Notes: generated by a model not told the origin, from the letters alone. A DNA stretch of 63,947 nt, filler included, from Octopus bimaculoides (GCF_001194135.2; 7 parts of 6 records of this genome joined end to end with filler, not necessarily neighbours in it); one strand, 5' to 3'. Shown: positions 38,671 to 51,547, numbered from the whole stretch's first letter. A program made the numbers and translations.

Positions 38671-40020
38671 GATGATGATTTACAGAGAGACACATACACG
38701 TACGTGTGAGCATATATGTGAATTAAAGTATATCTATTCTAATATTTATGCCTTGATTTCTTTCCATAAGTCACTACGTTTGCATATTAACCAGCTACAT
38801 TTTGTGTATCCGAGTGAAACGGGTAGTCACATTTTGTTCAGATATCTTATTGCTCAGGTAACTCATATTCGGGCAACTTATGAGTCAGATAACTGATGGT
38901 TCGGGTAACTGATTTGACAGAAAATAAAGAGGCCTTTCTGAGTTTAATTATATTTCATAAATTTATGTTTATAGAGCTTTATATTATTCAATCGAGAAAA
39001 TGCTATACTTCCGTGCAATCTTTACTGCCTTTGTACCATAATCCAGACATTGTAAAACCTCGCCTTTTTCAATTGATTGTTAACAGTTTCCGCTTTTTCT
39101 CAAAAGAGATAGTAACTGTAACAAACCTGATTAATTGTAAATAGGCACGTACTCCAAAAAATACATCGTAGAGTGAATGAATTTATCGATGATTTTGCCG
39201 TGCTTCACCACGTCATTCAATTCTATCAGTTGAATTTATTTTGACACTGTTTAAAATGGCCGACTGAGATCAAACAAACGAACTAATCAACACGTAGTAT
39301 TTTTGATAACTGTAAACAAAAGAGGCGGTCAACGCACCAGTGTTACTAAGACACTGATATAACGTTTCTTTCTTTTTACTTGTTTGTCAGTAATCCGTGT
39401 TCACTTTTAGTCATTGTAAACAAAAGACGAACCAGTACTAGTTTCAAGTTACACATACACACCCAACTGCTAACGAAATATTCAAGAGACCTTGAGATTT
39501 TATTCGGGTAATTACAAGTAAAATCGAACGTCAGCAGTGTTAACTTCTTAGTTTTCTGAGAGGGGGTGTGAACGGATCGAAACGGTGTTGTCAGATCTTT
39601 AAAAAACGTGGGAACAGCGTCTAGTTTCATTAATGCAAAACATTCCTAAATTGCAAAAGTTCGACAAATAGAAACATTAAATATGCTATTTCGTGACCTC
39701 TTTTTAGTATTAGTATCAATAAAATTTAGGAGAAAAAGTAATTAATCACTTTATTAATTTATCTGTCAATTTATTTATTTATTCGTTGATCAGGTAGACG
39801 AGGGAAACATTTTCAAAACGGAGTTGATTATCTATTCACATGACATCAGTGTTACACAGCGCATTAAGCCTTTAAGTGTAAATACTTTCAATATTTCCCT
39901 GAGATCATTTACTGTAAACTTAATAACAATATTTGGTGTTATTGCTTAGCTGAAGGAAAGCAATGATCGAGCAGATTAACAACGTTCTAAACATCGACAT
40001 TTCGTATTTTTTGTATACTC

Positions 40021-40453
40021 TTTTACTCTTTTACTTGTTTCAGTCATTTGACTGCGGCCATGCTGGAGCACCGCCTTTAGTCGAGCAAATCGACCCCAGG
40101 GCTTATTCTTTGGAAGCCTAATACTTATTCTATCGGGCTCTTTTGCCGAACCGCTAAGTTACGGGGACGTAAACACACCAGCATCGGTTGTCAAATGATG
40201 CTGGAGGGGACAAACACAGACACACGAACACACACACACACACACAAACACACATATATATATATATATATAAACATATACATATATACGATGGGCTTCC
40301 TTCAGTTTCCGTCTACCAAATCCACTCACAAGGCTTTGGTCGGCCTGAGGCTATATAGTAGAAGACACTTGCCCAAAGTGCCAGGCATTGGGAATGAACC
40401 CGGAACCATGTCGTTGGTAAGCAAGCTACTTACCACACAGCCACTCCTACGCC
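40021..40453 (-). mobile_element. SINE family A, full length, little diverged
   Basis: Reverse complement: GGCGTAGGAGTGGCTGTGTGG (A-box)..GGGTTCATTCCC (B-box), internal (TA/TG)n and a complete tail. Confidence 0.95.
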
Positions 40454-40839
40454 TGTATATCTATGTATATCTGCGTCTGTATATCTATGATTCTAACTTC
40501 TAATGTATCCTTATTTTCAAGACGGTAAAAAGTGATTCGAGAAAAGTTTTGCGGTTATTTATAGCAAGTCTGACGACCATACAAAAGCTCTCTTGAGAAC
40601 CCAAGTGTAACAAAGATTTCCTTCAGAGTTGCAGAATCTTAATGTCTTAATATTAAGCTCAACAAGTAACAATAACGTGAATACATTTTCTAGTTTTTGC
40701 TATGACACTTTTGTCTCCTACAATTATGGTTACCACTGTCTTATCACAGTTTTCAACGTATTTCTTGTACAACTATGGAAAGTTGTCTCCTATTTATTGC
40801 TAATGTTATGATTTTGTCGCAAAGTTTATATATCAAAGA

Positions 40840-41139
40840 TGCTGTGGCTGTGTAGTAAGAAGTTTGCTTCCAAACCACATGGTTCCGGGTTCAGTCCCAC
40901 TGCGTGGCACCTGGGGCAAGTGTCTGCTACTATAGTCTCGGGCCGACCAAAGCCTTGTGACTAGATTTGGTAGACGGAAACTGAAAGAAGCCCGTCATGG
41001 GATTCGCTCTTCTTCTGGCAATTTATATGTACAGGGTACAGGGCTGCACCGATAACCAGCTAGCGGAAGATCTGCTTGGGGTTAAACTAGTAGTAACATA
41101 GACCAACCACTTTGCTGTAGCAATGAACTTTACTTGTTT

Positions 41140-41177
<38 letters not shown>

Positions 41178-41495
41178 CATACATATATATATATATACAC
41201 ACACATACATATATATATATATACACATACATACATATACATATATGTGTAGGGGTCTATGTGTGTATATATACATGCCCGTTTGCATATGTGAGTGTGT
41301 CTCTGTGTGTGTGTGTGTGTGTGTGTTTATCCCCACCACCACTTGATAACCAGTGTTGATGTGTTTCTCTCCCCGTAACCTAGCGGTTCATCAAAAATAA
41401 ATTAAGTCTTAGAGTCGATTTGTTTGAATAAAACGCTTCAAGGTGAATGCCCGGCATGGCCGCAATCAAATGAGTGAAAGAAATATGATAAAAGT
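40840..41495 (+). mobile_element. SINE family A split by a ~145-bp insert and an expanded microsatellite
   Basis: Head 40840-40997, unrelated sequence 40998-41140, microsatellite to ~41325, tail 41327-41495. Confidence 0.85.
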
Positions 41496-41630
41496 TAAAA
41501 TATCTGTTTTAGTTACTGAACTACAGCTACGGTGGGACAATGCATTTTGAGTTTAATTTTTAGTCGATCACATCGACTAAAATACGTTGTCTGTAAATAT
41601 TTAATTGACAAAAAGGAGAAAAAGCAGAAC

Positions 41631-42288
41631 GCGAATTTTTTTCCCAAGAGAGTTCCGGACCCCAGAAATAAACTCATTTGCATACAGCCAATCAGAACTC
41701 ACCTTGAAAATCCACATACAGCGTAGTACTACAGTACAGCCAGTTAGGTAGAAAAATGGTGTATACCACTCTGTGAGTACAGCATAGCAGGCCTCACATA
41801 AGCACCACAGCCCCCCCATCTTCATATATCAATTGAGTATCATCTTTATATGGAGCTAAAGTTAGTTACCTATTCTCAGACTGGAATTAGTGATATTGCA
41901 TGGAGGGCGCAATACGATACAACGCCATATTAATTACGATGCTTCCAGATCAACGTCAGCATTTTAAATTAGGATTGTACGAAATCAGTCAAAAAATTAG
42001 GAAACTACACTCATTTACATTTTCCAGTAAATTACGCAAATTGGCAACGCTTATGGCATCATCGGTGAGCAGCTTCCCATTCACTTTATACACTAAATTT
42101 CACATTTGTCACCCTATTAACCCGTTTAGAACAGTTAGATTTTGCTACAATGCACATTTTCCACTGAACTCAACCAGAGTATTTTCATGACTATGTGGAC
42201 ACTAGTTTGATAGTTGAGCTCTGATTGGCTGTATGCAAATGAGTTCATAACTGATGTCCGGAACTTTCGTGGGAAAAAGAGATTTCGC
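41631..42288. mobile_element. Inverted-repeat-bounded element (MITE-like) with octamer+CCAAT in both arms
   Basis: Arms ~41631-41702 and ~42213-42288. The 26-bp core AACTCATTTGCATACAGCCAATCAGA (41671-96) is the exact reverse complement of 42220-45. Confidence 0.65.
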
Positions 42289-42420
42289 AAGCAGGACGAC
42301 CATAACGGAGAAATAACGTGAAAGGAGATTTATACTTCAAAGTATGTTCTTTGATGTACAACATTTATAGTCGCAAAATGGTATATGTGTGCATGAGAGA
42401 GAGAATGTGAAGATGTGTTT

Positions 42421-42458
<38 letters not shown>

Positions 42459-43254
42459 ATGTGTGTGTTTATNNNNNNNNNNTGTGTGTGTGTGTGTTTA
42501 TGTGTGTGTTTATGTGTGTGTGTGCGTGTTTGTGTTTGTGTATGTGTAAGTATGTGTATGTGTGCGTATAAAACAAGCTCTCTCTACTTTCCGTCTATTC
42601 AATTTCACTCTGAAAGATTTAATCGAATGAGACTGGTATAAGACATTTGTTTGGGATTAAACGCATTAAACCAAACCCGGAGGTACATGGCTTCGAAGCT
42701 ATATTCTTCAACAAACGACTATCTCTCTTTTTCTCTTCCTCTATTTCTCTCTCTCTCTCTCTCTCTCTTTCCTCTCTCTATGTCCGTGTATGTGTATCTA
42801 TGCGCATGCATATATCTGCACTACGCAATATTTTCCTTTATAACTACTATTCACTTGCTACGAAAGTAGTCATCTTTTCTAAACAACAGTTTTGTTGGAT
42901 TTTTAAGAACGTAGAAACCTTTATGGATGCCCTAAAGAGCTATGGATTTGAAAAATTGAATTTATTGACAATAACATTTAAAATGAAAATTGAAATATAC
43001 TAATCAAAGCTGTTAGCAACCAACTGTGTACTCAGTAATGTGGATCTGCAAGAAAATGAAAAACGTTACAACGCCTGCCAACAGCCGAAGAATGAAAAGA
43101 AATTATTCGTTGAAACTCGCATGCTTTTGGACTCGCATGCATGTGTTTGTGTGTGTGTATACATGTGTGTGTGTGTGTGTACATGTCTGTTAGTATGTAT
43201 ATATTTCAATTTGTTTTTAGAAAGAGTTCTTGATGCGGTCATTAATAATTTACA

Positions 43255-43347
43255 GTAAAGCGGCGAGCTGGCAGAAACGTTAGCACGCCGGGCGAAAGCT
43301 TAGCGGTATTTCGTCTGTGTGACACCGGTTGAAATGCTTAGCGGTAT
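43255..43347 (+). mobile_element. SINE family B 5' head, truncated, with a ~25-bp internal tandem duplication
   Basis: gcggcgagctggcagaaacgttagcacgccgggcgaaagcttagcggtatttcgtc, followed by caccggttgaaatgcttagcggtat. Confidence 0.85.
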
Positions 43348-44323
43348 AACGACTCCGTGAATTTGGACTATTACTTATTATTTGAGTGCGTCTGTACAGT
43401 AAGTGCAAGTTTCCATTGACTGTTTTTGTGTGTTCTTGTTATAACTATTGTGTGATAGTCTTCGTTCCAAAACTATCGTGTGTTTCCCCTATGGGGGAAA
43501 CATTAATTGCTGGTAAGATGCCGAATAGTTTATCTTCGCCTGGCGAAGAGGCGTCAACCGAGAGAAAAAATATAGAAAATTTATTGTTTGGAGAAGTTTC
43601 GGATTCCTCTGAAGAGGAGNNNNNNNNNNNNNNNNNNNNNNNNNNNNNNNNNNNNNNNNNNNNNNNNNNNNNNNNNNNNNNNNNNNNNNNNNNNNNNNNN
43701 GTACCGTTACAAGGAGGAACATAAATGTGAAAAGCATACAAACGGAAGAAAAACAAAAAAGAAGTTTTGCGTCGGCGGCTGGAGGTGGAACCCGCCAGCT
43801 GTCGACAAACAAAAGCGACATATTAAAATATAAAGACATGTTAAAAATGGAAAACGGTGTTGTCAAACAGAAAAAAAAAAACAAATTATTTTTAAAGTTT
43901 ACTGCAAAAAAGAACGGAAGATCGCGCGAGTGAGCGAAGAAAGAATTGAACAATATCTAAAGCCCATTTGGCAGGACATTACCTATCTAGCAAGAGGCAA
44001 AAAATTTGGTACCATTGAGGTACATTTAAAAAACATTGAAACTGCACAAGTGCACTCTGTAAAATCCTTGGAAACCGAGGATACAATTTTAATACCGATT
44101 TACATGGGGATGAGGACATCCAATGTAAAAATAACAAAGGTCCCACCTCAAATTGACCCAATGTGGTTGATGGCGGCGGTCCTGGCAAAGAAGGTAGATG
44201 AGGTAAATATACTTCAAGCTATCGTCACCGAAAAACCATATTGGATAGGCCACACGGTCCACTTATTAATTCAAGGAGAACAGGCTGTAATTGAACAACT
44301 TCCAGAAAAAATAGAAGTTGGGG
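43348..44323 (+). mobile_element. Probable 5' end (5'UTR + ORF1) of an L1/Tx1-like LINE, cut off by an assembly gap
   Basis: ATG at 43491: MGETLIAGK..DSSEEE-gap-..KRSFASAAGGG..VVKQKKK/QIIFKVYCKKERKIARVSEERIEQYL..VKITKVPPQIDPMWLMAAVL.. (>200 open codons with one frameshift in an A11 run). The family assignment is by resemblance only; no ORF2 is visible. Confidence 0.55.
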
Positions 44324-44423
44324 NNNNNNNNNNNNNNNNNNNNNNNNNNNNNNNNNNNNNNNNNNNNTTAATTAATTAANNNNNNNNNNNNNNNNNNNNN
44401 NNNNNNNNNNNNNNNNNNNNNNN

Positions 44424-44454
<31 letters not shown>

Positions 44455-45049
44455 TTTACACAGATAAGGACATAAACGCATATAAATATACGCGCACACA
44501 GACACGAATACATGTATACAAAAATATATTGAAATGCTGAAGCGACCCCAGGCGAATAAATTTATATTAAAAAGCGAAAGAAAGTAAACGTTTTGAAAAC
44601 TTATTCGTGGATAGATATTACAATGCATTTTTTTTTTTTTATCAAAATATATTACTGCTTTCAATCGCTTAAAACAACTTAACAAAATTCCATGTAATTT
44701 TTGTAAAAATAACATGTGAATTTGCAGATGTCATATCGTGGAGGATTGATGTTGTTTAATCTAAAGTAATGTATTTTTCCTTTTAAATAATGATGTCTAC
44801 ATCGTCTTTCTAAGCGTTTGAAAAAGATAACATAGCTTGACAAAAATGTAGATACTTTCTCGATTTTATCCACGTTAAAGTTCTCAAAGCATTTTCTTTT
44901 TTGTTGTTGTTTTTAATGCATAATTATGTATACATATATTTATATGTATTTATACACACATACACACACTGTTATATTTGGGGACGATCCTATTTTGTCA
45001 ATTAAACACACGCACTATACATTTGGTCTTCACTTCAGCTTAATTATCA

Positions 45050-46095
45050 TTATTGACTATGTGGTAAGAAGCTTACTGCGCAACTAAATAGTTCTGGGTT
45101 CTGTCTCACTGCATGGAATCTTGGGCAAGTGTCTTGTGACACTTGTGAGTGAATTTGGTAGATGGAAACTGTGTGTGTGTTTGTGTGTATACATATATAC
45201 ATATATATATATGCACATATGTATATGTATATGTATATATAATATATATACATATATTTATATATAATTACGTATATACTATCGATTTTGTTATCGTAAG
45301 CATGTTTATTCTTATTATTTCATCACTTTATAGTTTTATACCTTGTATTGCCATTTATTTAGGTTAATTACCGTTACTTAATATGATACAACATTAATGG
45401 TTAACTATATTTACAATCCATCTTTAATTTTCCTTCCTTATAAATGTTTATTTACATAATTAGTCGTATATAAAGAATTCATTGGATTCTCTCCCTTTAT
45501 CCTTCCAATTACAATAACTTTTTATTACTATTATTAACTTTAAAATTTGTTTGTGGTTCATTATGTCTTCCTTTAATTTAAACTCTAGTATAGCGTTCAT
45601 AACCTCTCTCCCTAAACAGCTCCACGTAAACTAGCTTTCTTGTTTCTAACGGTCATTTAACTTGGCTATATAGTGTTATTCCCCGTACATAACCTTAGCA
45701 TTCAGCGCAAGTCTTGCATTTGTAATATGGTACCATGATGATGAAATTATATGTATACCTGCCTCTCTTACTTCTTTGCAGTAGAGTGCATATACTTTTT
45801 GAAACATATGTAGGAATTAAAGGACCTTATTGATTATATGCGTTTTGCTCCATTTATTATTAATATTATATATGTATATGTATGTGTGTCTTTGTGTCTG
45901 TATCCCCTCACCATTACTGCTTTACACCGTTGTTGGTGTGTTTACGTCCCCGTAACTTAGGTTCGGTAAAAGAGACCGGTAGAATAAGTACCAGGCTTTA
46001 GAAATAAGTCCTGAGGTCGATTTGTTCGCCAAAAGTCTTCAAGGTGGTGCCCCAGCATGGTCACAGTCAAATGATTGAAACAACTAGAAGTGTAA
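45050..46095 (+). mobile_element. SINE family A split by a ~600-bp insert in its internal microsatellite
   Basis: Degraded head 45050-45180, tail 45895-46095. Confidence 0.75.
45470..45830 (-). mobile_element. Possible very decayed Penelope-like GIY-YIG region
   Basis: Minus strand KCKTCAEC*GLCTGNNTI..NKKAS..GA.. loosely resembles the PLE Cys-linker/GIY-YIG segment. Many stops. Confidence 0.3.
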
Positions 46096-46719
46096 AAAAG
46101 TATATATACAGACAAATAATAAGATATTGAAATATCTAAAGTTTGTCACATTTCCATAGACACACATAGATACTAACATACACACGTATATAGATATAGA
46201 CATGTAAACATATATATACAGAAATACACGCCTCTACATATACACACATATATACACACACAAATGCACGTATATTCATAGGCATATACATACATATATA
46301 ACCAAAAATATACCCACCAATTCATTATATATATATCAAAGATGAAAGAGATACACGAAAATACACACACATACGTAAGCATACAACTAAACACATACAC
46401 GTAAACGCATATACAGACTTACACACAATAAAAGAGCATTGAAATATCTGAAGCTTGTATTTCAGAAGATACAGTAACACAGCATGTCACCTCCAACACT
46501 ATCAACACCAGCCGCAAATACAACAATAACAAAATTTACAAAACAAATATCCTTATTACAGCAACCGGATTATCGTTTATCGCCATTATGCTTTATAACG
46601 TTCCGTTTGAATTTGATTGAACAGTTTGAAGGTTTCACTTCAGACAGCTTTACAGAAATCTGTGTGCAGAAGATCGAGAATATTGCGCTTATCTTGTAAC
46701 TACAACTTCAGCCTCAACT

Positions 46720-46880
46720 CATACTACTACTGCTACTACTACTACTACTACTACTACTACTAACACCACTACAGTTCTTGCTACTAGTAATATTAATGCT
46801 GTTGCTACGACAACAACAACAACAACTGCTGTTGCTGCTACTGCTGCTACTACAACTTCCACTACTACTACTAATATTAT
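46720..46880. repeat. (CTA)n/(CAA)n/(GCT)n compound trinucleotide repeat
   Basis: Read directly from the sequence. Confidence 0.9.
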
Positions 46881-46892
46881 TGCTACGAAATT

Positions 46893-47092
46893 AAGGCGGC
46901 AAGCTGGCAGAATCAATAACACGCCGGACTAAATGCTTTGCGGTTTTTCGCCCGTCGCTACGTTCTGAGTTCAAATTTCGCCTTTCCGAGTCGATAAATT
47001 TAGTATCAGTGAAACAGTGGGGGCGACGTAATCGACTGGTCCTCTCCATCAAATTTCAGGCCTTGTGCCTTTAGTAGAAAAGATTATTATTG
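46893..47092 (+). mobile_element. SINE family B with a small internal deletion
   Basis: ggcggcaagctggcagaatc..gttctgagttcaaatttcgcc..aaatttcaggccttgtgcctttagtagaaaagattattatt. Confidence 0.9.
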
Positions 47093-47269
47093 CTACGGAA
47101 TTGGTGCAGTGATGAATAAAAACGTATCTTAATTCACCAGTTTAAACCCTATCGGTATTTACCTTCCCTATTTTTATTCTAAACTCAACAAGTTCTAGTT
47201 TGATACTTCGCGATCGAGCAAATCCATTGTCCTGATTCTCCTCAAATTAGTAACCTTATGGTTATGCAA

Positions 47270-48930
47270 TTATCAATATTATTTCATGAAAATTCTCAGC
47301 TTATTTTGCTGGGTATGATGGAAAGTGTCAGCTGCGCACAGCCAGCAGTCTAAAGTGAAACTTGTTTACTGATCCTGTTTCAAGTACCCTGCGGAGAACT
47401 CTTGCAGTTCCATGCAGTGATGATTTTAGTAGGTATTCTATCTTTATATTCGTTCTAATCTTTTTGAGCCACGAAGGTAGTTGGGTGCTGAGCGCCAATC
47501 GCTATCGCTATCACGTCCACTCACTCCATTGCCCACAAACTTCATATTTCCTACTTCAGTTTATTATAGTTTTTTCACTTTTCCTCTTCTTTTTCTTCGA
47601 TTCTGTTGTCAACAAGATATGCTATGTCAATTATCAGGCATGTTTTTTCTCATCACAATATCAGGTTTCCTACGTCTAATCTGAATAATTGCATCCTACA
47701 GAATTTTGCAATTCTCTTTCTCATTGACTCTTTCTGATCAGTGTCACTCTTGGGATGGAATACACCATCAATGTCAATAGTTTCCGTATCTTCTTTCTTT
47801 TTTTACCATTTTTTTTATTCCACCTCCATACCTAACTGATGCTATCGCCCATGTCTTTACTGCTTGGAGTCTATCCCTTTCAGCCAGTTTTGAGCGCACC
47901 ACCAATCTTAGTCTTCAGAAATATACCTTCCTCAGCGGTTCTTTCATTTCCATGATCATGATTTCATTGAACTCAGAGTATGCAAGGTATTTATAACCTT
48001 CCTTTCCAATTTCTTCATCACTTCAGTATTCGAATTCCATCTTAACATTAGTTTCTTATATCCAGCTACTTGCTGAGTATAAGAATCTGTTTGCTTCAGA
48101 CTGCAGAGCCATTCAGCCCCAGAATTGTGTTGTATTGGCTTACACCATATCTCACCTCAAAACTGTCGATTTTCATCTGAATCAGGAAATAATCTTTCGC
48201 ATGCTAAATCATCATTAATTTCTTGATAAAATCTTTTTTGGTTGACTGTAAACAATGATTTTCCCGGTATTGTTTAATTTGTTGCTGAAACTTTGTTAGT
48301 TTTGCTTCCTTGACAAGTATGCGCTGCTCTTCAGCGCACACTGCTCTTCAATAACAACATTTAGTCTATTCGTATCAACGCCATACTTCTTCAACTTTTC
48401 AAATTTGCTATCATTCTTCAATTCTTTGTTTCAATGTGCTTCAGTAAATTATTGACTTTACCTGTTTCTTGATTTAGTTTCCATTGGTCAGCTTTCTTGA
48501 AGCCATACAGGAATTATGTCTCTTCTGCATTTGATAGATCCAAAACACTACTTATTATCGTCTGGTCTTCATCGTTTAAATGATCTCTGATCTCCATTCT
48601 TTCATCACTCATACCAGTATACTCTTGCGAGTCAATTCCTTCCATTATGCCTCTTTTTTTTTATCACAACATTAGCTGATATACTTCTTTTGATAGATGC
48701 TAACTCCAATTCTGATAACCACTCGTCCTTTCGTATTGCTCTTGCTTGACCATATAATCTCTGTTCGGTAATTTCAGACATTTCCACCTCCTTCCATTCT
48801 CTGTGCATTCGTTGTCTGTATCCTCTGATTAATGCGACGTTTGCATCTACTGTAATTCTCCGATAGTAACACTCTACAACCATCATGATTACTTGTTTAC
48901 TCCACATTTGTCTTGTAACAGCAGTTGCTG
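47270..48930 (-). mobile_element. R4/Dong-type non-LTR element, heavily deleted (N-terminus, post-RT region, RLE)
   Basis: WSKQVIMMVVECYY..IRGYRQRMHREW..EQRLYGQARAIRKDEWLSELE (N-terminus); RLRLVVRSKL..LQAVKTWAIASVRYGGG..VFHPKSDTD; RKPDIVM..CLIIDIA (RLE); WLKKI..HGTARVLRRVLET. Confidence 0.85.
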
Positions 48931-49063
48931 GATTACGACTGGGCCTACCCAGTTGTAAGATGTGTACTTTTAATAGTAGTGGTGGCAATGAAAATTATAG
49001 TAGGAGTAATGATAATGGTGGTAGTAATAGTGATAAGTGGTAATAAAATCAGTGATTGTAGTA

Positions 49064-49065
<2 letters not shown>

Positions 49066-49106
<41 letters not shown>

Positions 49107-49158
49107 CAACAACAACAACAATAATAATAACAATAACAACAACAACAACAACAACAAC

Positions 49159-49214
<56 letters not shown>

Positions 49215-49228
49215 TAATAATAATAATA
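49066..49228. repeat. (AAT)n/(AAC)n microsatellite
   Basis: Read directly from the sequence. Confidence 0.97.
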
Positions 49229-49403
49229 ATGCCTACCTACAAAGAACTACCAGGCCAACATATTAAAGAACGGCAGCTCCCCATTATGTCGTATATGCCA
49301 ACAACAACAAAATGAGACCATCGATCATGTTGTCTCCATGTGCAGTCTGCTTGCGCCTACAGAGTATCTCAACAGGAATGATAGAGCTGCACAATATATT
49401 CAC
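49229..49403 (+). mobile_element. R4/Dong-type element, 5'-truncated, cut off by a gap
   Basis: NYQANILKNG../PLCRICQQQQNETIDHVVSMCSLLAPTEYLNRNDRAAQYIH (CCHC knuckle) begins directly after (AAT)n. Confidence 0.85.
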
Positions 49404-50174
49404 NNNNNNNNNNNNNNNNNNNNNNNNNNNNNNNNNNNNNNNNNNNNTTAATTAATTAANNNNNNNNNNNNNNNNNNNNNNNNNNNNNNNNNNNNNNNNN
49501 NNNCTTCTTCTTCTTCTTCTTCTTCTTCTTCTTCTTCTTCTGTTGTGTTTACTACTTTCAAATCAGCCTTTACTTTCTCTTCTTTCATTACTTCTTTTTC
49601 ATCATCATCATCGTCATCGCCATCATCATCATCACGAAGTTGACGACGACGACGACGACCACCACCAATACCACTACCACTACTCGCCGCAAGTTGCTGC
49701 CACCGTCGTCATCGTCATTTTCTTTTCTTTTATTTGCCTTAAACGTTTTCGTTTTTACTCTTTTTCTCTCGTGTCTCCTCCAATTCCTCTTCCACGCCAC
49801 TTCCTTTTCTTCCTCACCTCCTCCTCCTCTTTCCGCTATCAGTGTGCTTGAGGAATGATAAGCCTTGCCGTCCCAAACAAGTACACACACACAAACGTAC
49901 AGTGAGGTCATATTATCACACAAAATGTTATTAATCTTATGTATTTCAATGTATCACAACGCCAATATTTGGTCACACACACGATTGACAATAAAACAGT
50001 TTGACACTTGTCCCTACGCTTAATCTTCAGACAATCCTATTACATACGTTGAATAAATGTATTGATTATACAGACATACTTCAACTTGCGTCGTTTCGAA
50101 AAATTACACCTCAACTTTAGCCGATTTGTCCGATTTTACGCCGGTCTGAGGAAACTTCTATTTAAAAGTACAAA

Positions 50175-50383
50175 AATTGCTTTGAAATATTAGCAAGCTT
50201 GGGAGAGGATTTAAGTCGATTACATCGACTCCAGTACTTAACTGGTACTTATTTTATCGACCCCTGAAGGGATGATAGGCAAAGTAGACCTCGGCGGAAT
50301 GTGTACTCTGGAAGTAATGAGCAGGGAAAAATGCTGCTAAGCATTTTGCCCGGCGTGCTAACCGGCTCTGCCGGCTAACGCCA
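50175..50383 (-). mobile_element. SINE family B
   Basis: Reverse complement ..ggttagcacgccgggcaaaatgcttagcagc..ccgccgaggtctactttgcc..ggggtcgataaaataagtaccagt. Confidence 0.88.
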
Positions 50384-50544
50384 AAGAATATAAAAATTCT
50401 AGAAAAAATCTAAGAAACAACCCTGAAGTGGAAAATCAAATAAAATAGATGCAAAAAATATGTATAAACCATTTATTAAAAATAGATATAAGCTAATAAA
50501 TTTTTTAATGTCATTATTATTGAGCTGTATGTGGCATCGGTGCC

Positions 50545-51030
50545 TGACACAAGAGCTAAGCTGACCATGTAGGATGTTATGTAAGTGAATGATTTCCCTG
50601 CGTACCACACTGAAACCCAGCTCACTTGCATTTCAATAAAGAGGCTCCGTATATCGAAAATGTCACATTTTGCCGGAATTTCTGAGTTAGGGAATTTGTC
50701 ATGCTATTTGCAAATTGAACGAAGGCAATGGAGATAGTGTCTAGCTGTTTAATATAGCGCCTGTAGAGTGCCCCTGTTTCACAGTCATAAAGAAGAGAAG
50801 TAAGCATTACTGCATAGTACACTCTGATCTTTGTGGCTCGGCAGACACCATGATTTCTTCACAGTCTGTGCTGGAGTCTATTGAAAGTTGAACTTGCCTT
50901 AGACAATTTCTGAATGATCACTTCGTCAAGTTGAGCATCGTCCGACAAGATGCTTTCCAGGTAACAGAATTCCGGCATAGTAATTAAGAGCATTTTCGCA
51001 GCATTCTCTCTACAAGTATTGTTTGACTGC
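50545..51030 (-). mobile_element. RTE (BovB-like) LINE post-RT remnant
   Basis: FCYLESILSDDAQLD..KASSTFNRLQHRL..HGV..TKIRVYYAVMLTSLLYDCETGALYRRYIKQLD. Confidence 0.82.
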
Positions 51031-51348
51031 TTTGCTAATACTGTGGATCCTTCGGCACACGTTTATATAGCCTGTTATGAGTCATTCCGTCAGACGCAAA
51101 ATTAATTATACTGCCATGTACATATAACTGCACATACTCAAAGGATGATAGAAAACCATGCGCAAGTACACACACATACATACATACATACATACATACA
51201 TGCGTATATACGTGCATACATACTCCCTCCCCATACATACACATGCACAAGGTTAACACCATCATTCATTCCGTTATACCCACATTTGTGCAATTAAAAG
51301 TTGTTTCTCCAAACACATGAACAATTCATCATATTTTATTAAACCTTA

Positions 51349-51405
<57 letters not shown>

Positions 51406-51510
51406 CTTTCACTCTGTCTCGCTATTTGCCTCTCTCTCTCTCGATATATATATATACACACACATACAAATATTATACATACATAGATATATACATATGC
51501 CTAAATATAT

Positions 51511-51547
<37 letters not shown>

